Below, one piece after another: positions 10,184 to 20,177 of a stretch of 64,000 nt of DNA; the first letter of the stretch is position 1, and each line of letters starts with the position of its first letter. The translations under genes and the position numbers were made by a program. A model generated the notes under the pieces. That model searched no databases. It had not been told where the DNA came from and saw only the letters and a program-made list of their open reading frames with translations. The DNA comes from Candidatus Heimdallarchaeota archaeon (GTDB lineage: Archaea; Asgardarchaeota; Heimdallarchaeia; Heimdallarchaeales; Heimdallarchaeaceae): positions 1-64,000 of the forward strand of contig JABCTC010000003.1 of NCBI GenBank assembly GCA_018238545.1, in the 5' to 3' direction.

Positions 10184-12817
10184 TCATTTTCTTGATATTG
10201 GTAGCTCAAAACGCCATTTACCATCATATTGGTACAGAGCTCCTGCAACTGCTCCAGCTGTTGGTACAAGACCAATCTCTCCCACTCCTTTTGATCCAAA
10301 CCCTCCTACTTCTTCTGGTTCTTCAATTAAAATTACTTCAACCTCTGGCATATCTTTAGCCTTGATTATTTGAAGATCTCTCAGTTTTAAGGAATCTGGA
10401 ACTCCATTTGTTGTTGGAAAGTTTTCTGAAAGACTATGTCCTAGTCCCATATGTATTCCTCCTTCAAATTGTCCAGCACAGGCCATGGGGTTGATTGCTT
10501 TTCCAACATCATGGGCTGCTATCATTTTGGTAAGTTTACCCTTTCCATCTAAGATTGCCATTTGAACAGCGTGACTAAACGCTAAATGTGTTATAGGATT
10601 ATCAGTTTGTGTGCCTGGTTTGACTGTGAAATTACTAATATATTCTCCATGGAATTCTTCACCTGCTAGATCTTTAAGTGATTTTGTTTGAAGAGCAATT
10701 GCAAGTTTTTCTGCAGCAAATTTAGCTGCCATAGTATCCAAAGCAGTACCTCTAGAAGCAGTTGTCATTCCACATTTAGTTTTTGGATAGCTTATTGTTT
10801 TAACATCCATTTGTTTAGGTGAGATGTCTGTAAGTTCTGTTAATACTTGTGTAAGAACAGTAAACAATCCTTGTCCCATCTCCGTAAATCCCGTTAAGAT
10901 TTCAAGTCGTTCATTTTCAAGAACTTTTATGAGAACCCTCCCAGTATCCTCCAAACCGTTACCAATACCGGTATTTTTTATCCCGCAAGCTATCCCTATT
11001 GGATCTTTAGAATTCTTATAGATGTCTTTAACAGCATCTAGACATTGTTGCATTCCATTGATTGTCTTTGTCATCTTTTGACCTGTTGCAAACCTTTGAC
11101 CTTCTCTAAGAATATTTTTTTCTCTTATATCATAATCGTCAATTTCAATCCCATCTTTTTTCATCTTCGCAACAATCATATTAAGACATGTTTCAATAGC
11201 AAAGGAGGTTTGATTGACTCCAAAACCTCTCATCGCTCCACAAGCGGGATTGTTTGTATAAACAGCTTTTGCATCTACATCAACATTAGGAACGAAGTAT
11301 GGCCCACAACAATGTCCTGCTGCGCGTTCTGCAACTTTTGCTCCAACAGATGCATAAGCTCCTGAATCAGCTATTAAACGGAGTTTTACAGCTGTTAACT
11401 TTCCATTTTCATCTGCTCCTACTTCATAATCCATAGTCATTGGGTGTCTCTTAACGCTCATGAGAAGAGACTGTTCTCTTGTAAGAACTGTTTTTACAGG
11501 TTTCTTCATAATCATGGATGCCATAGCTGTCTGTGCTTGGCATGTAAGATCCTCCTTTCCACCAAAAGCACCGCCATTAGAAACAAGTTCAACGATAACT
11601 TGTTCTTTTTCTAATCCGAGTGCTTCTGCAATTTGTCTTTGGTCTTCATGAACTCCTTGTCCTTGACTATATAGATGAACCCCTTTTTCTGTTGGGAATG
11701 CTAAACAACTTTCTACTTCCATGTAAGCATGTTCAATTCGTTGAGTTTTGAAACGCTGTTTTATTACGTATTTGGATTTATCCAAAGCACTCTTAACATC
11801 TCCTCTTCCAAAGAATGTGTGGCCTAGTAAATTGCCTTTTTCATGTATTTTTTCTGCAGAAGGTAATAGAGCTTTTTCTGGGTCAATTATTGGTTCAAGT
11901 ATTTCATAATCAACCTTAATTTTCTCAAGAGCAGCTCGGGCATGAATCATGGAATCAGCAACGACCATTGCAAGCACATCACCTACATATTTTGTAGATT
12001 CACCTTCAGAAACAAAAATAGGCCAATCTGGTATAATATGTCCAATCATCCGTTTGCCAGGTACATCTTTTGCTGTAAATGTCTCTATCACTCCACATGC
12101 TTCCTTAACTTTTGATGTGTCAATATTGATTACTTTAGCATGTGGGTGCTCGCTGAGCAACAAAGCTCCATGAAGCATTTCATCCATTTCCATATCTGCG
12201 ATATAGGGCTTTCTACCTAGAGCCATATCCACTCCACGATAACGATGAGCACTAGAACCTACTCCATTTTCTTTCGGTTCATACTCTCTTTTTAGACCAT
12301 GGCTCTCTCCAAAGAATTCGTTTCTTCGAGGTGGTCCTGTTATGTCATCATCCTTCGGATTCCAATGTTCTTCAGCTGTTTCCATAGCATCGAGAATTCG
12401 TTGGTAACCCGTACATCTGCAGAGATTTCCTGTTATCGCTTTTGCTTTTTCTTCTCTTGTAGATGTAGGATGTTGATCGAGAAAAGATTTAATTCGCAAA
12501 ACAAGTCCTGGAGTGCAGAACCCACATTGTATGGCTCCTTCTTTGACAAAGGATTTTGATAAAATGTCTTGTTCTACTTTATCTAATCCTTCAATTGTTA
12601 CAATTTCTTTACCCTCAATAGATGCAGGTTTCTGCCTACATGAAACCATAGCTCTGCCATTAATTAGAACTGTACAAGCTCCACAAGTTCCTTGACCTGA
12701 ACAACCGTCTTTACAACTTTTTATGTGACAAACTTCTCTGAGTAAATCAAGCACACTCATTCCTTCTTCATAATTAACAGTGGTTTCTTTTCCATTAAGA
12801 GTAAAGGTTACATTCAT
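10184..12817 (-). CDS. xdh: Xanthine dehydrogenase-like molybdoenzyme with fused 2Fe-2S and Mo-binding domains (resembles the selenium-dependent Xdh type)
   Basis: GCSGQGTCGAC, QCGFCTPG, NLCRCTGY, GGAFGGK, AMRGFG, TTASR, KGVGE. Confidence 0.88.
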   Translation of the reverse strand: MNVTFTLNGKETTVNYEEGMSVLDLLREVCHIKSCKDGCSGQGTCGACTVLINGRAMVSCRQKPASIEGKEIVTIEGLDKVEQDILSKSFVKEGAIQCGFCTPGLVLRIKSFLDQHPTSTREEKAKAITGNLCRCTGYQRILDAMETAEEHWNPKDDDITGPPRRNEFFGESHGLKREYEPKENGVGSSAHRYRGVDMALGRKPYIADMEMDEMLHGALLLSEHPHAKVINIDTSKVKEACGVIETFTAKDVPGKRMIGHIIPDWPIFVSEGESTKYVGDVLAMVVADSMIHARAALEKIKVDYEILEPIIDPEKALLPSAEKIHEKGNLLGHTFFGRGDVKSALDKSKYVIKQRFKTQRIEHAYMEVESCLAFPTEKGVHLYSQGQGVHEDQRQIAEALGLEKEQVIVELVSNGGAFGGKEDLTCQAQTAMASMIMKKPVKTVLTREQSLLMSVKRHPMTMDYEVGADENGKLTAVKLRLIADSGAYASVGAKVAERAAGHCCGPYFVPNVDVDAKAVYTNNPACGAMRGFGVNQTSFAIETCLNMIVAKMKKDGIEIDDYDIREKNILREGQRFATGQKMTKTINGMQQCLDAVKDIYKNSKDPIGIACGIKNTGIGNGLEDTGRVLIKVLENERLEILTGFTEMGQGLFTVLTQVLTELTDISPKQMDVKTISYPKTKCGMTTASRGTALDTMAAKFAAEKLAIALQTKSLKDLAGEEFHGEYISNFTVKPGTQTDNPITHLAFSHAVQMAILDGKGKLTKMIAAHDVGKAINPMACAGQFEGGIHMGLGHSLSENFPTTNGVPDSLKLRDLQIIKAKDMPEVEVILIEEPEEVGGFGSKGVGEIGLVPTAGAVAGALYQYDGKWRFELPISRK

Positions 12818-13428
12818 TTTAATTCCTCATATTCTTTCCAAACTTCTCGTGTATTGAGGTTACGTGTGATATTTTTGTCATTAACAGATATAATCTTTGC
12901 TTTCTTTAGGTCTATTTGCTTATAGATTTCAAAATCCAATCGAGAATCAGATTTACATGAAATGAGATGTTGCATAAACTTCTTTGAAATGAGAACAGGA
13001 TGACCCTTTTTTCCTTGGAATTCTGGAATTGTGACTGCGATATCTGAGGGATCTAATGAATTTGATAACTTTTCCCAAACTTCTCTATCTGGGCAAGGCA
13101 CATCAATTGGAAAAATGAAAACTCCTGATGCCACACTAGATCTTGCCTTTTGCATTCCACATTGTATTGAAGAAAATTGTCCTCTCTCTGGAGATGGATT
13201 TATAGTAAACGCTACTCCATTAAGTTCAGGAACTTTTTCGTGGTAGAGTCTGTAATCTTTTCCGAGTACAACGATAATCTCAGATAATCCTATCTCAGAC
13301 ATTTGTTCAATTTGATGGACAAGGAAAGGTTTACCTCGATAGTTAAGAAGCCCTTTCGGTTCTCCCATTCGTTTTGAGTCTCCTCCTGCTAAAATGATTA
13401 CTGGAAGGGTTCTGAAATCGATATTCAT
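12814..13428 (-). CDS. mocA: Molybdenum cofactor cytidylyltransferase-like nucleotidyltransferase
   Basis: ILAGGDSKRMGEPKGLL, GQFSSIQCG, GKKGHPVL; overlaps the xdh start by 4 bp. Confidence 0.82.
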   Translation of the reverse strand: MNIDFRTLPVIILAGGDSKRMGEPKGLLNYRGKPFLVHQIEQMSEIGLSEIIVVLGKDYRLYHEKVPELNGVAFTINPSPERGQFSSIQCGMQKARSSVASGVFIFPIDVPCPDREVWEKLSNSLDPSDIAVTIPEFQGKKGHPVLISKKFMQHLISCKSDSRLDFEIYKQIDLKKAKIISVNDKNITRNLNTREVWKEYEELK

Positions 13429-13492
13429 TAGTTCATACCTAGCTCTTTTTAGCTTTATGTAAACCTTCTAGGGAAACAATTACTAAAGATTT

Positions 13493-13759
13493 CTATTTCT
13501 CTCTTGTAATTTTAAAAACTACTGGATTTTTGTGATCAGGACAACAAATAGTAACACTATCAGGATCATCTGACCAACTAAAACTTCCACCATTTTGTAT
13601 GGTTAAAGCAAATGGATAAAGTGAATGCCAAGCTGCAGCACATATCTTGCTTCTCTCACTAGGATAATCAAAGTTATCCCCTATTTTATGTCCATAATCA
13701 CAATTCTCTGTTAGTAAAATGTCTACAATTTCAATAGTTACTTTCTTTTTTTCAGTCAT
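13493..13759 (-). CDS. TIGR04076-family small Cys-rich protein
   Basis: C..GHKIGD, ICAAAW, CCPD..NPVVF. Confidence 0.8.
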   Translation of the reverse strand: MTEKKKVTIEIVDILLTENCDYGHKIGDNFDYPSERSKICAAAWHSLYPFALTIQNGGSFSWSDDPDSVTICCPDHKNPVVFKITREK

Positions 13760-13771
13760 ACTATCTCTACC

Positions 13772-14296
13772 TTAATCTTCTTTCTTCTGAACACCATACA
13801 CTTTTTCTCTAATATCCTGATCTGTCCAGCCAGTTATTCGCTTGAAAATCCATAGAACTTGACCCAAATGGTTGCTTTCGTGATTTAATAACCCAGAAAT
13901 CCTCTTGAATCTTGGACTATCACCATAGGGTGATTTGAGTATTTCATCTTCTTCCTCAACAGTCATTTTTGCGATTCCTTCGCCAATAATCGAAGATATC
14001 CTGCGAAATTCTTTTTCAATTTCTTCTAATGAGAAGGAATCTTCAGGTTTCTCTCCATATTTAGTTGCCAATGAACTTTCTTCGAAATCAATGTTAGGAA
14101 TAAGTGTTTTGAACCAGTTTAGAACTGATAGATTATGCCGAAAAATGAGCTCTGCAGACCATGTGTCTTCAGTAAAAGATTTGTGGAAAACATCCTTAGG
14201 TGCTAGTTTGAATAGTTTAAAGTAATCATTTCTATCTTTTTCAACCAGTTTATAATATTCTGATAGGTTAAACATAGGTGTTAAAAATACTGCCAA
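13772..14296 (-). CDS. DinB-family four-helix protein
   Basis: WSAELIFRH and HESNHLGQV His motifs. Confidence 0.75.
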   Translation of the reverse strand: MAVFLTPMFNLSEYYKLVEKDRNDYFKLFKLAPKDVFHKSFTEDTWSAELIFRHNLSVLNWFKTLIPNIDFEESSLATKYGEKPEDSFSLEEIEKEFRRISSIIGEGIAKMTVEEEDEILKSPYGDSPRFKRISGLLNHESNHLGQVLWIFKRITGWTDQDIREKVYGVQKKED

Positions 14297-14331
14297 TATT
14301 TAAAATATCCTTATTAAAGATAATTCGAGAT

Positions 14332-15588
14332 TTACCCAGTCATTATTAGATTAGAGATCCAAATCACCCAGTAAATGACAATTAAAATAACACCAATTAT
14401 ACTTGGAATTTTCTTTTTCTTGTCTAGTAGTTTTATTGCTGATATATTTACAGCTGCAAAAATTACCATGAAAATTATGCTTGCCGCCATTGCTACTACA
14501 TCTAACCTGAATAGTAAAACAATGATAATACTCATTATTCCTGAAAGAGCGATAGCTCTCATTGGTACTCGTGTCTTAGGACTGATTTTTGCAATTGCTT
14601 TTGGTATAATTCTCTCATGAGATAGCATATAAGAAAGTCTTGATGACCCTAGTAATGTTGCATTTATAGCTGAAGCTGCGGAGATTATAGCTGCAAAAGC
14701 CATGATTCCTGCTCCTGCTAACCCTAGAAATCTACTTGCTGAATGAGTTAAGATAACTTCTCCAATATCTTTCAAACTCTCATCGTGACCTAACACACCA
14801 ACGGTTACTATCGCTACTGTGATGTATAGAAACAGAACTATGATTATTGAGATGTACATACCTAACTTGAGGTCCTTCTCTGGATTTTTCATTTCTTCAA
14901 CAGAGTTGGACAAAATCTCAAAACCTTCCATCGAAACGAAAATAAGAACAGAACTTGCGATTAGAGGAAAAGCACCATTAGGTAAGAAAGGAACAAAATT
15001 GGAACTTTCAACTGCAAAAATACCTACTACAATATATAGAATTAGAATTGCAACTTTTATGAGAACTAATATATTTTGAGCTCGACTAGATTCTTTTACT
15101 CCTAGCATGTTCAACCCTATGAACAGTAAAATGCTGATAAATTGGAATATAAAAGCTGAAACAGATATTCCGAAATATGGCATAATGTGGTCACCAAAAA
15201 GAGGCCAAACTGCACCTAAGTATCTACCAAAAGTCATAGCATAGAGACCTATAGAAAAACTATAACCGAACCAAAGGACAATACCAAGAGATCCAGATAA
15301 CCATTTCTTCTTGAAAGCTTCTTGAACATAGATGAAAGCCCCACCTGCTCTTGGATATTTGAGTGCTAAATGCACATAACTGTAAGCTGTAAAAGTACTA
15401 ACTACACCTGCTAATAAGAATGCCAAAAAAGCAGCAGGACCTGATTCATATATTACCAGCCCAAGGACACTGAAAACTCCTCCACCAATTAGAGCACCAA
15501 CAGCAATACCAAGAGCTTCTTTTAGCCCAAGCTCTTTGGATAATTCCACCTCTTCACCATTGACGGAACCGTTGTTTTCTTCTGGCAT
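14332..15588 (-). CDS. APC-superfamily amino acid permease
   Basis: GALIGGGVF, YPRAGGAF, FVSMEGFE, EEMKNP; about 12 TM segments. Confidence 0.92.
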   Translation of the reverse strand: MPEENNGSVNGEEVELSKELGLKEALGIAVGALIGGGVFSVLGLVIYESGPAAFLAFLLAGVVSTFTAYSYVHLALKYPRAGGAFIYVQEAFKKKWLSGSLGIVLWFGYSFSIGLYAMTFGRYLGAVWPLFGDHIMPYFGISVSAFIFQFISILLFIGLNMLGVKESSRAQNILVLIKVAILILYIVVGIFAVESSNFVPFLPNGAFPLIASSVLIFVSMEGFEILSNSVEEMKNPEKDLKLGMYISIIIVLFLYITVAIVTVGVLGHDESLKDIGEVILTHSASRFLGLAGAGIMAFAAIISAASAINATLLGSSRLSYMLSHERIIPKAIAKISPKTRVPMRAIALSGIMSIIIVLLFRLDVVAMAASIIFMVIFAAVNISAIKLLDKKKKIPSIIGVILIVIYWVIWISNLIMTG

Positions 15589-15733
15589 GAGTATCCCATT
15601 TTATGAGCAAAAATTCTGGAAGGAATTTAAGAATGTTATGATGCGTTATTTTCATATTGGCTTATTGGCGACAGAATAATCAGTTTAAATGGACTGCTCT
15701 AGGCATATATTACTGGGGTTTTTATAGAAAAAT

Positions 15734-16999
15734 ATGTTTAGAAAAGTGATGACAAAGGTTCTGAGAGTAGAGTGTATAGAAGTAGACTATCATTCTAACT
15801 TGAGTAAGCTGTGTCATCAAACAAAAAATCTCTATAATCGAATAAATTTTCTGATAAAGCATTCTCTAAATCAAACAAATACGCTCCTCTTCTATAATGA
15901 TCTAGACCGATTGTTGAAGCACGAAGAGTGTTATCGCGTCCTTCCTGCACATGTTGCTCAGCAGACGATCAAACTCCTCTGTAGGAGTTGGAAAGGATAT
16001 TTTAATGCTCTCAAGGAGTGGAAACTCAACCCTGATCACTTCTTCGCTATGCCTAATCCCCCTAACTACAAGCGTAAAGATGGGGAAGTGACAGCCATCT
16101 TCACCAACCAGCAGGCACGAATAGTCAATGGTTGGTTGGTTTTACCTAAGAAAGTAGGCTATAGATACAAGACTAGATTAACAGAACATATGGAATTAAA
16201 AGAAGTGCGAATCGTTCCCCGACGTATATGTTACACAATAGAGATAGTTTATCAGAAAACCATACCCAAGTTTGTGAAAAAGAGAGTTAGAAAGGGGGCA
16301 GTAGATTTAGGGATGGACAACCTTGCTGCCTTTGTGGACAACCTCGGAGGACAACCGATTGTTGTCAAGGATGCAGGGAAAGGGATAAAATCCATAACAC
16401 AGTATTACTTGAAAAAACAAAAACAGTTACAGATACAATATGCTCAGCAGCAGAGAAAACAACTGAAAGGCACTAATCGACTGAAGTATGGTCATGCTTA
16501 CTACAAACTCCGAGAAAAGTGGAGGAGAAAACTGAAAGATGCTATCCATAAACTTACTAGTTATTTGATTGATCTATGGGTCGAACGCGACCTTCATGAA
16601 GTTGTCATCGGCTACAATAAGAAGTGGAAACAAGGATTACATTTCTGGAAAAAAGTCACCCAGATGTTCGTCACTATACCCTTCTTGCGGATAATAAATA
16701 TTCTCAAGTATAAGGGAGCTGAGAAAGGGATAAAGGTTGAGACAATCCCCGAGGAGTTCACCTCCAAAAGTAGTTTCCTAGATAATGAGTTTCCCAAAAG
16801 ACGTAAAAGGTACAAAGGAACGAGAACACATCGAGGTCTCTTCCGTTCTGCTCATGGTCACTTGATCAACGCTGATGTTAATGCTGCATATAATATATTG
16901 ATAAAAAGCGATCCGAAAGCCTTGCCTAAACGCAGGGTGAACGGGGTAGGAGGATACGTGATGTATCCACAGAGAGTGAGTATAGAACTACTCCCTTGA
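15734..16999 (+). CDS. tnpB: TnpB RNA-guided endonuclease without TnpA (rearranged RuvC-II, no Zn finger)
   Basis: KNLYN, GAVDLG (RuvC-I), VIGYNKKWKQ, EEFTSK, NADVNAAYNI (RuvC-III). Confidence 0.93.
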   Translation: MFRKVMTKVLRVECIEVDYHSNLSKLCHQTKNLYNRINFLIKHSLNQTNTLLFYNDLDRLLKHEECYRVLPAHVAQQTIKLLCRSWKGYFNALKEWKLNPDHFFAMPNPPNYKRKDGEVTAIFTNQQARIVNGWLVLPKKVGYRYKTRLTEHMELKEVRIVPRRICYTIEIVYQKTIPKFVKKRVRKGAVDLGMDNLAAFVDNLGGQPIVVKDAGKGIKSITQYYLKKQKQLQIQYAQQQRKQLKGTNRLKYGHAYYKLREKWRRKLKDAIHKLTSYLIDLWVERDLHEVVIGYNKKWKQGLHFWKKVTQMFVTIPFLRIINILKYKGAEKGIKVETIPEEFTSKSSFLDNEFPKRRKRYKGTRTHRGLFRSAHGHLINADVNAAYNILIKSDPKALPKRRVNGVGGYVMYPQRVSIELLP

Positions 17000-17158
17000 G
17001 TTTTTCTATATGGTGATCTCTACAAAACTAGCTCAACTATGCTTGTCTTAACAAGACAGTATGACAACAACCCATCATGGTATCCTAAACATCTAATTCT
17101 TCCATATGAGCGCATCTAGTAGGAAGGTATTCTGATTAGAGGCGATTTTTCTATCTTT

Positions 17159-18133
17159 TTAGTATCCTAGTTGAACTGTTGATAATACTATATAAATTAG
17201 AAATAGAAATACTGTAGTTCCTATTAGATACCAGAATAATTTGCTGTTCCAGCTACGAATATATCTTCCACGATTGAACCCAAAAGGAATCATCGAGAAT
17301 AGTATGTAGATGAAGAAGAATATGACAAGTGTTTGAAATCCCAGATAGAAATACAAACTAAAAGTGATAATTCCAGTGATTGATAAAATACTAAATATTA
17401 CAGTAAGAAATTGCCACCCTAATATCCATAAAACCCCACTCAGAGCTACTTTTCCTCTATTTTTTGAGCTGGACCCATGTTCACTGAATAAAAGGAAATT
17501 CGGTGTTATAATTATTGGAAGGAATATGCTAACAATACCTATCAACATACCTTGTAACCATAAAGAGTGAGTAGCTCTAATCCCTAAGCGTTTTGCATAT
17601 AAAGATTCTAGTATCATATGTCCTCCATAAATTATACTTATGCTAATGGAATATCCTATCATGAATAATAAGAAAAATGCAGACCAAACCTCTACTGGGA
17701 GTTTCTTAATCACAGCTAGATCAAATAGAAGACTAAGGCTTACAATAGCTAGGAAATAGAGCGAACCTATAAACATATTTAGAAAATTATACTTGAAGGA
17801 ATAAAATGTGAAAAATGAGGATCTAAGCAAAAATCTATCTTGAGGTTCCACGTACTTAGATTTCATCTCTATATCTCTAGCAGTATAGAACTCTTTTTTC
17901 TCTTTTGACTTCTTTTTTTTCTTTTTACTATCTTTGCTTTTCTCCTTATCTTCCCTTGTAGGGGATAGCTTAGATTTTTTATATTCATCAGTTTGATATA
18001 TGCCAACTCTTGGACAATCGTGTTGTTCAGGTAATCTATGTTTTGCACAAAAGGTTTGACTACATAACTTACATTTGAAAGGCAAAGATTCCTCTTCTTC
18101 GCATCCAAAAAATGAGCAATTTTTCATTTGCAT
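17159..18133 (-). CDS. AN1-type zinc finger fused to a degenerate site-2-protease (M50)-like membrane domain
   Basis: CSFFGC..LPFKCKLCSQTFCAKHRLPEQHDC is AN1. The TM region shows GHMILE, GKVALSG and FSMIPFGFNRG at the positions of HExxH, GxIAxAGP and NxxPxxxxDG. Confidence 0.72.
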   Translation of the reverse strand: MQMKNCSFFGCEEEESLPFKCKLCSQTFCAKHRLPEQHDCPRVGIYQTDEYKKSKLSPTREDKEKSKDSKKKKKKSKEKKEFYTARDIEMKSKYVEPQDRFLLRSSFFTFYSFKYNFLNMFIGSLYFLAIVSLSLLFDLAVIKKLPVEVWSAFFLLFMIGYSISISIIYGGHMILESLYAKRLGIRATHSLWLQGMLIGIVSIFLPIIITPNFLLFSEHGSSSKNRGKVALSGVLWILGWQFLTVIFSILSITGIITFSLYFYLGFQTLVIFFFIYILFSMIPFGFNRGRYIRSWNSKLFWYLIGTTVFLFLIYIVLSTVQLGY

Positions 18134-18139
18134 CTACCT

Positions 18140-19012
18140 TTACAACATGTGATGAATACAAACTCCAGTGTTCAGAAGTTTATCTCTGATTTTGCTGGAT
18201 AGTGGTCTGGAGAGTTTTTGGAAGAAGCTTCTTTGTTTCGATTTCCCTATAATCACAATATCAGGTTCATCTTTACTAAATATGAATTTTAAAGAAGATT
18301 GGATTTTGTGACCTATGACAAATTTTGTTTTTAATATCTGTCCAAAAACCATAGAATAATTTTTCATGTAGTCTTTGAAGATTTTTTCTTCTTTTTTAAT
18401 CTCTTTTTCATTCCTAGCTTCTCTTAAAGGAATAAGTTCAGGAACTCTTGAGATATGATAGACTTTAATCTTAGCTCCTTTCTGAGGTGCTGCAATTGCT
18501 GAAGCCCACCTTAAAAGAAATGGATCTCTTCTAGAATAAGGTAGAAGCACAGCGACTTTTTTCAATTTATCACTCATTTTCTTAATTTTTGGAGGAAAGA
18601 CTTGTAGAACCTCAGTGTGAATCTCTGGAATTATAGTATTAGAGATACTTTTTACTGTAATTTTATCGAAAAATGTTGGTCTTCTCCTACTAGACATAAT
18701 AACTAAATTGTGCTTATGTTTTTTCCAATAATCAATAATTGTTTGTGTAACATTTTTGTTCTTCTTAACAACTAAATCATGTTCTATTTCGAATTTTGCC
18801 AACTTCTTAAGATAACTATCAATATCCTTGCCTGGATCTGCTCCAACATGAAGAAGATCTAGATGCGCACCATATTCATGAGCAATATAGAATGCCAGTT
18901 CTAATCCCATACATTCGAATTCTTTACCACCATAGGGAACTAGAATTCGGTCCAGATTAAGAAAAAACTCATCTTGATAATCGGGATGTAAATTCTTAGA
19001 TATACTTGCCAT
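18140..19012 (-). CDS. Tandem universal stress protein (USP) domain protein
   Basis: RILVPYGG..LLHV..NLVIMS, followed by a second unit ending DIVIIG. Confidence 0.78.
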   Translation of the reverse strand: MASISKNLHPDYQDEFFLNLDRILVPYGGKEFECMGLELAFYIAHEYGAHLDLLHVGADPGKDIDSYLKKLAKFEIEHDLVVKKNKNVTQTIIDYWKKHKHNLVIMSSRRRPTFFDKITVKSISNTIIPEIHTEVLQVFPPKIKKMSDKLKKVAVLLPYSRRDPFLLRWASAIAAPQKGAKIKVYHISRVPELIPLREARNEKEIKKEEKIFKDYMKNYSMVFGQILKTKFVIGHKIQSSLKFIFSKDEPDIVIIGKSKQRSFFQKLSRPLSSKIRDKLLNTGVCIHHML

Positions 19013-19070
19013 TCTCTTGTTCGAATCTGTAATACTTTCATCTAATATAAAGATTATCCAAACTCATAAA

Positions 19071-20081
19071 TCAGCTGTTTTCACGAAGATCGATAATATC
19101 TTCAGCTGATGGTCCAGTGCCAATTAATGACACTTTAACTTTTGTTTCTTTCTCAATGCGGTCAATGAATTCTCTTGCTTCCCCTTTGATTTGGTCAAAA
19201 TTATTTGCTTTGGCGGTATCTGGAAACAAAATATCGAATTTAGTTAGTGCAATCTGTGTTGCTCCATTTAATCTGACAGCTTTTCTAGCTAAATCATAAT
19301 TGAAGGGAGCTGCTCTTCTCAACCTGCCAGTCACTGCACCATATTCAGTCCAACCTCTTTTTTCTGTTTCCTCTACACTAATTTCTCCTGGAAGTTCCCC
19401 AGTTCCAACTCTGGTTACAAATGATTTCAAAACAACTATAACGTCTGTTACTTTGGTAGGTCCAACACCTAAATCGGAACAGATAGCAGCTGCTGAAACA
19501 TCCTTTGAAGTAACATAGGGATAACTTCCATGGAACAATGATAGTAGAATAGCTTGACTTCCTTCAGCAATAACTAGACTACCTTCATTTAAAGTATCAT
19601 CAATCTCTTTGCTAACATCTGTCAAATAAGGTTTAAGTTCAGGAATATCTCTAGCAAGTTTGAGTTTTCTCAGTGCTCTGTCTACATTTGCCGGTCCGCA
19701 TCCACTTCCAGTTGATCCAATCTTTCCTTTAAGATGGGCATCAGTTGAATCAATTTCTATGTGATTTGGTTCTATGATCCCTGATTGGAAGTCAACCCCA
19801 AATCTGTCTTTAGTTTTGGTGACTTCAAGTTCTTTAAGTAACACTTGAGTATTGATAAGCACTCCTGCGCCTATAACAAGCCTGATTTTAGGATTAATAA
19901 AACCAGAGGGAACAAGTCGAAGTTTGTATTCTTTTCCCTCAAATTCAATCGTGTGACCCGCATTAGGCCCTACTCCCGCGCGTGCAACCATTACAGGGTC
20001 ATCAGCTATTGCAAGATAAGAAAGTATTTTTCCTTTCCCTTCATCGCCCCAAAATCCTCCACAAACAATTGAAAATGCCAT
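19071..20081 (-). CDS. purA: Adenylosuccinate synthetase (short archaeal type)
   Basis: WGDEGKGK, GPNAGHT, GSTGSGCGP, YPYVTS, GAVTGRLRR. Confidence 0.97.
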   Translation of the reverse strand: MAFSIVCGGFWGDEGKGKILSYLAIADDPVMVARAGVGPNAGHTIEFEGKEYKLRLVPSGFINPKIRLVIGAGVLINTQVLLKELEVTKTKDRFGVDFQSGIIEPNHIEIDSTDAHLKGKIGSTGSGCGPANVDRALRKLKLARDIPELKPYLTDVSKEIDDTLNEGSLVIAEGSQAILLSLFHGSYPYVTSKDVSAAAICSDLGVGPTKVTDVIVVLKSFVTRVGTGELPGEISVEETEKRGWTEYGAVTGRLRRAAPFNYDLARKAVRLNGATQIALTKFDILFPDTAKANNFDQIKGEAREFIDRIEKETKVKVSLIGTGPSAEDIIDLRENS

Positions 20082-20177
20082 ACACGTGACAAATTAAGAA
20101 CTCATTGTTAAATATTGTTACAACAACCGAGAATATTAGAAAAGCTAATAAATACCCTTTCCAGTATAACCATACTT

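Noticed and set aside
10184-12817. Selenocysteine recoding in xdh
   Set aside because: No in-frame TGA before the normal C-terminus; selenium dependence in this family involves a labile cofactor and cannot be shown from sequence
15660-17150. Exact ends of the first tnpB element
   Set aside because: Hairpins are present downstream (16981-17010, tgtctt/aagaca), but there is no full second copy or clear terminal motif to fix the boundaries
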